From: Epiperipatus broadwayi
Lineage: Eukaryota > Animalia > Onychophora
Reading direction: 5' to 3'
Length of the DNA: 64,000 bases
NCBI GenBank assembly: GCA_028023455.1
Contig: JAQFVV010000003.1
Location: 9,362,001 to 9,426,000 of the forward strand
Positions 63,201 through 64,000 of this stretch are shown piece by piece. The notes under the pieces are model-generated. The model made no database searches, had not been told where the DNA came from, and saw nothing but the letters and a program-made list of their open reading frames with translations. How positions within the stretch are numbered: position 1 is the first letter of the stretch; each line of letters starts with the position of its first letter. The position numbers were made by a program, and so were the translations under genes.

Positions 63201-64000
63201 AAGTATGGGTTCTTTGCAGAAACAAATTACACATATTTTTTTTTTGTAAGAATGGCTGTATTTGTCTTCACAATAAATAAAAAACATTTCTGTTAAATGT
63301 AGATGAATTACTATTTCAATTTAAAATATATGATAAATTCTTTAGCTGAAGGCATATGTAGGCAATTAAGTAATATATTACTATGGTTGCATAATACTTA
63401 ATCACTAGCATTGATAATTTGTCATTGCTTGTTACACCACAATCTTATCATAAGTTATTCTAGCATTCCTCTATTAAGATTAATATCATAAACATTAACA
63501 AATCTTTTAAGAATGAATGCAGTTCAAGCTGATAGATAATGAAATGATCTTCAGTATGAAAATTAACTCTGAATACCCAACAAATAATGCCTGACCAAGA
63601 GTGTTTTCTGCTGCCTTGTAAAATGTTGGATGGAAACTGCATTTAATACAAACACATTTTATATCTTCTCTATGTATCATTTTATGTTAGTGTCTTTAAT
63701 AAATCAAGTTAATAAAGCTTCTAATTGTAATTAGCCTCTCACACAATTGGTTCACAACTGTGATAGGATTGTGCATGGCAATTACATTTTCATCCTCTAA
63801 CTAACCTTATTATAAAACTTTAATAATTTCTTTATTATGTTAAATTCTGGGAGGGGGAGATAAGAAAAATGAATTAATAATATTGCAATAAATTGACTGA
63901 CTTAATACACAGTAATTGAATAACAATTTCAATTTTTTTCACAATTTTAATAAGAGATGTTCGTTGCATTTATTTGAGATTGTGAGGAATATCTCTAATA

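Noticed and set aside
1-64000. CRISPR arrays, rRNA or prokaryotic operons
   Set aside because: No repeat-spacer arrays or long intact ORFs; the sequence is eukaryotic with spliceosomal introns

Overview
AT-rich, CpG-depleted animal genomic DNA, probably a large arthropod-type genome (inference). The only host gene I recognise is a voltage-gated Ca2+ channel alpha-2/delta subunit (CACNA2D3/straightjacket-like). It contributes three + strand exons (41534-41614, 47789-47863, 47979-48056); the rest of the window looks intronic or intergenic and is full of retroelements. (1) A full-length but frameshifted RTE LINE (22611-25882, - strand, 10-bp TSD) whose first nucleotide is G1 of a complete HDV/CPEB3-like ribozyme fold. 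(2) At least ten head-to-head inverted insertions (0.2-3.1 kb) of Penelope-like element (PLE) ends or non-coding units, each carrying a minimal type I hammerhead-like motif reading outward from the centre. Three are flanked by clear 12-18 bp TSDs, and one has a paralogous empty site in the window. (3) Two related non-coding ~406 and ~453 nt hammerhead units (retrozyme-like) that share a conserved hairpin. (4) A PLE family whose 3' pseudo-LTR carries a tRNA-derived head upstream of the hammerhead, plus a short SINE-like derivative starting at tRNA +1. Also present: a solo LTR, four copies of a ~92-bp tRNA SINE, older LINE/PLE remnants, a ~1.8-2.2 kb local duplication and small tandem repeats. 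All folds, identities and alignments were read by eye, not computed.
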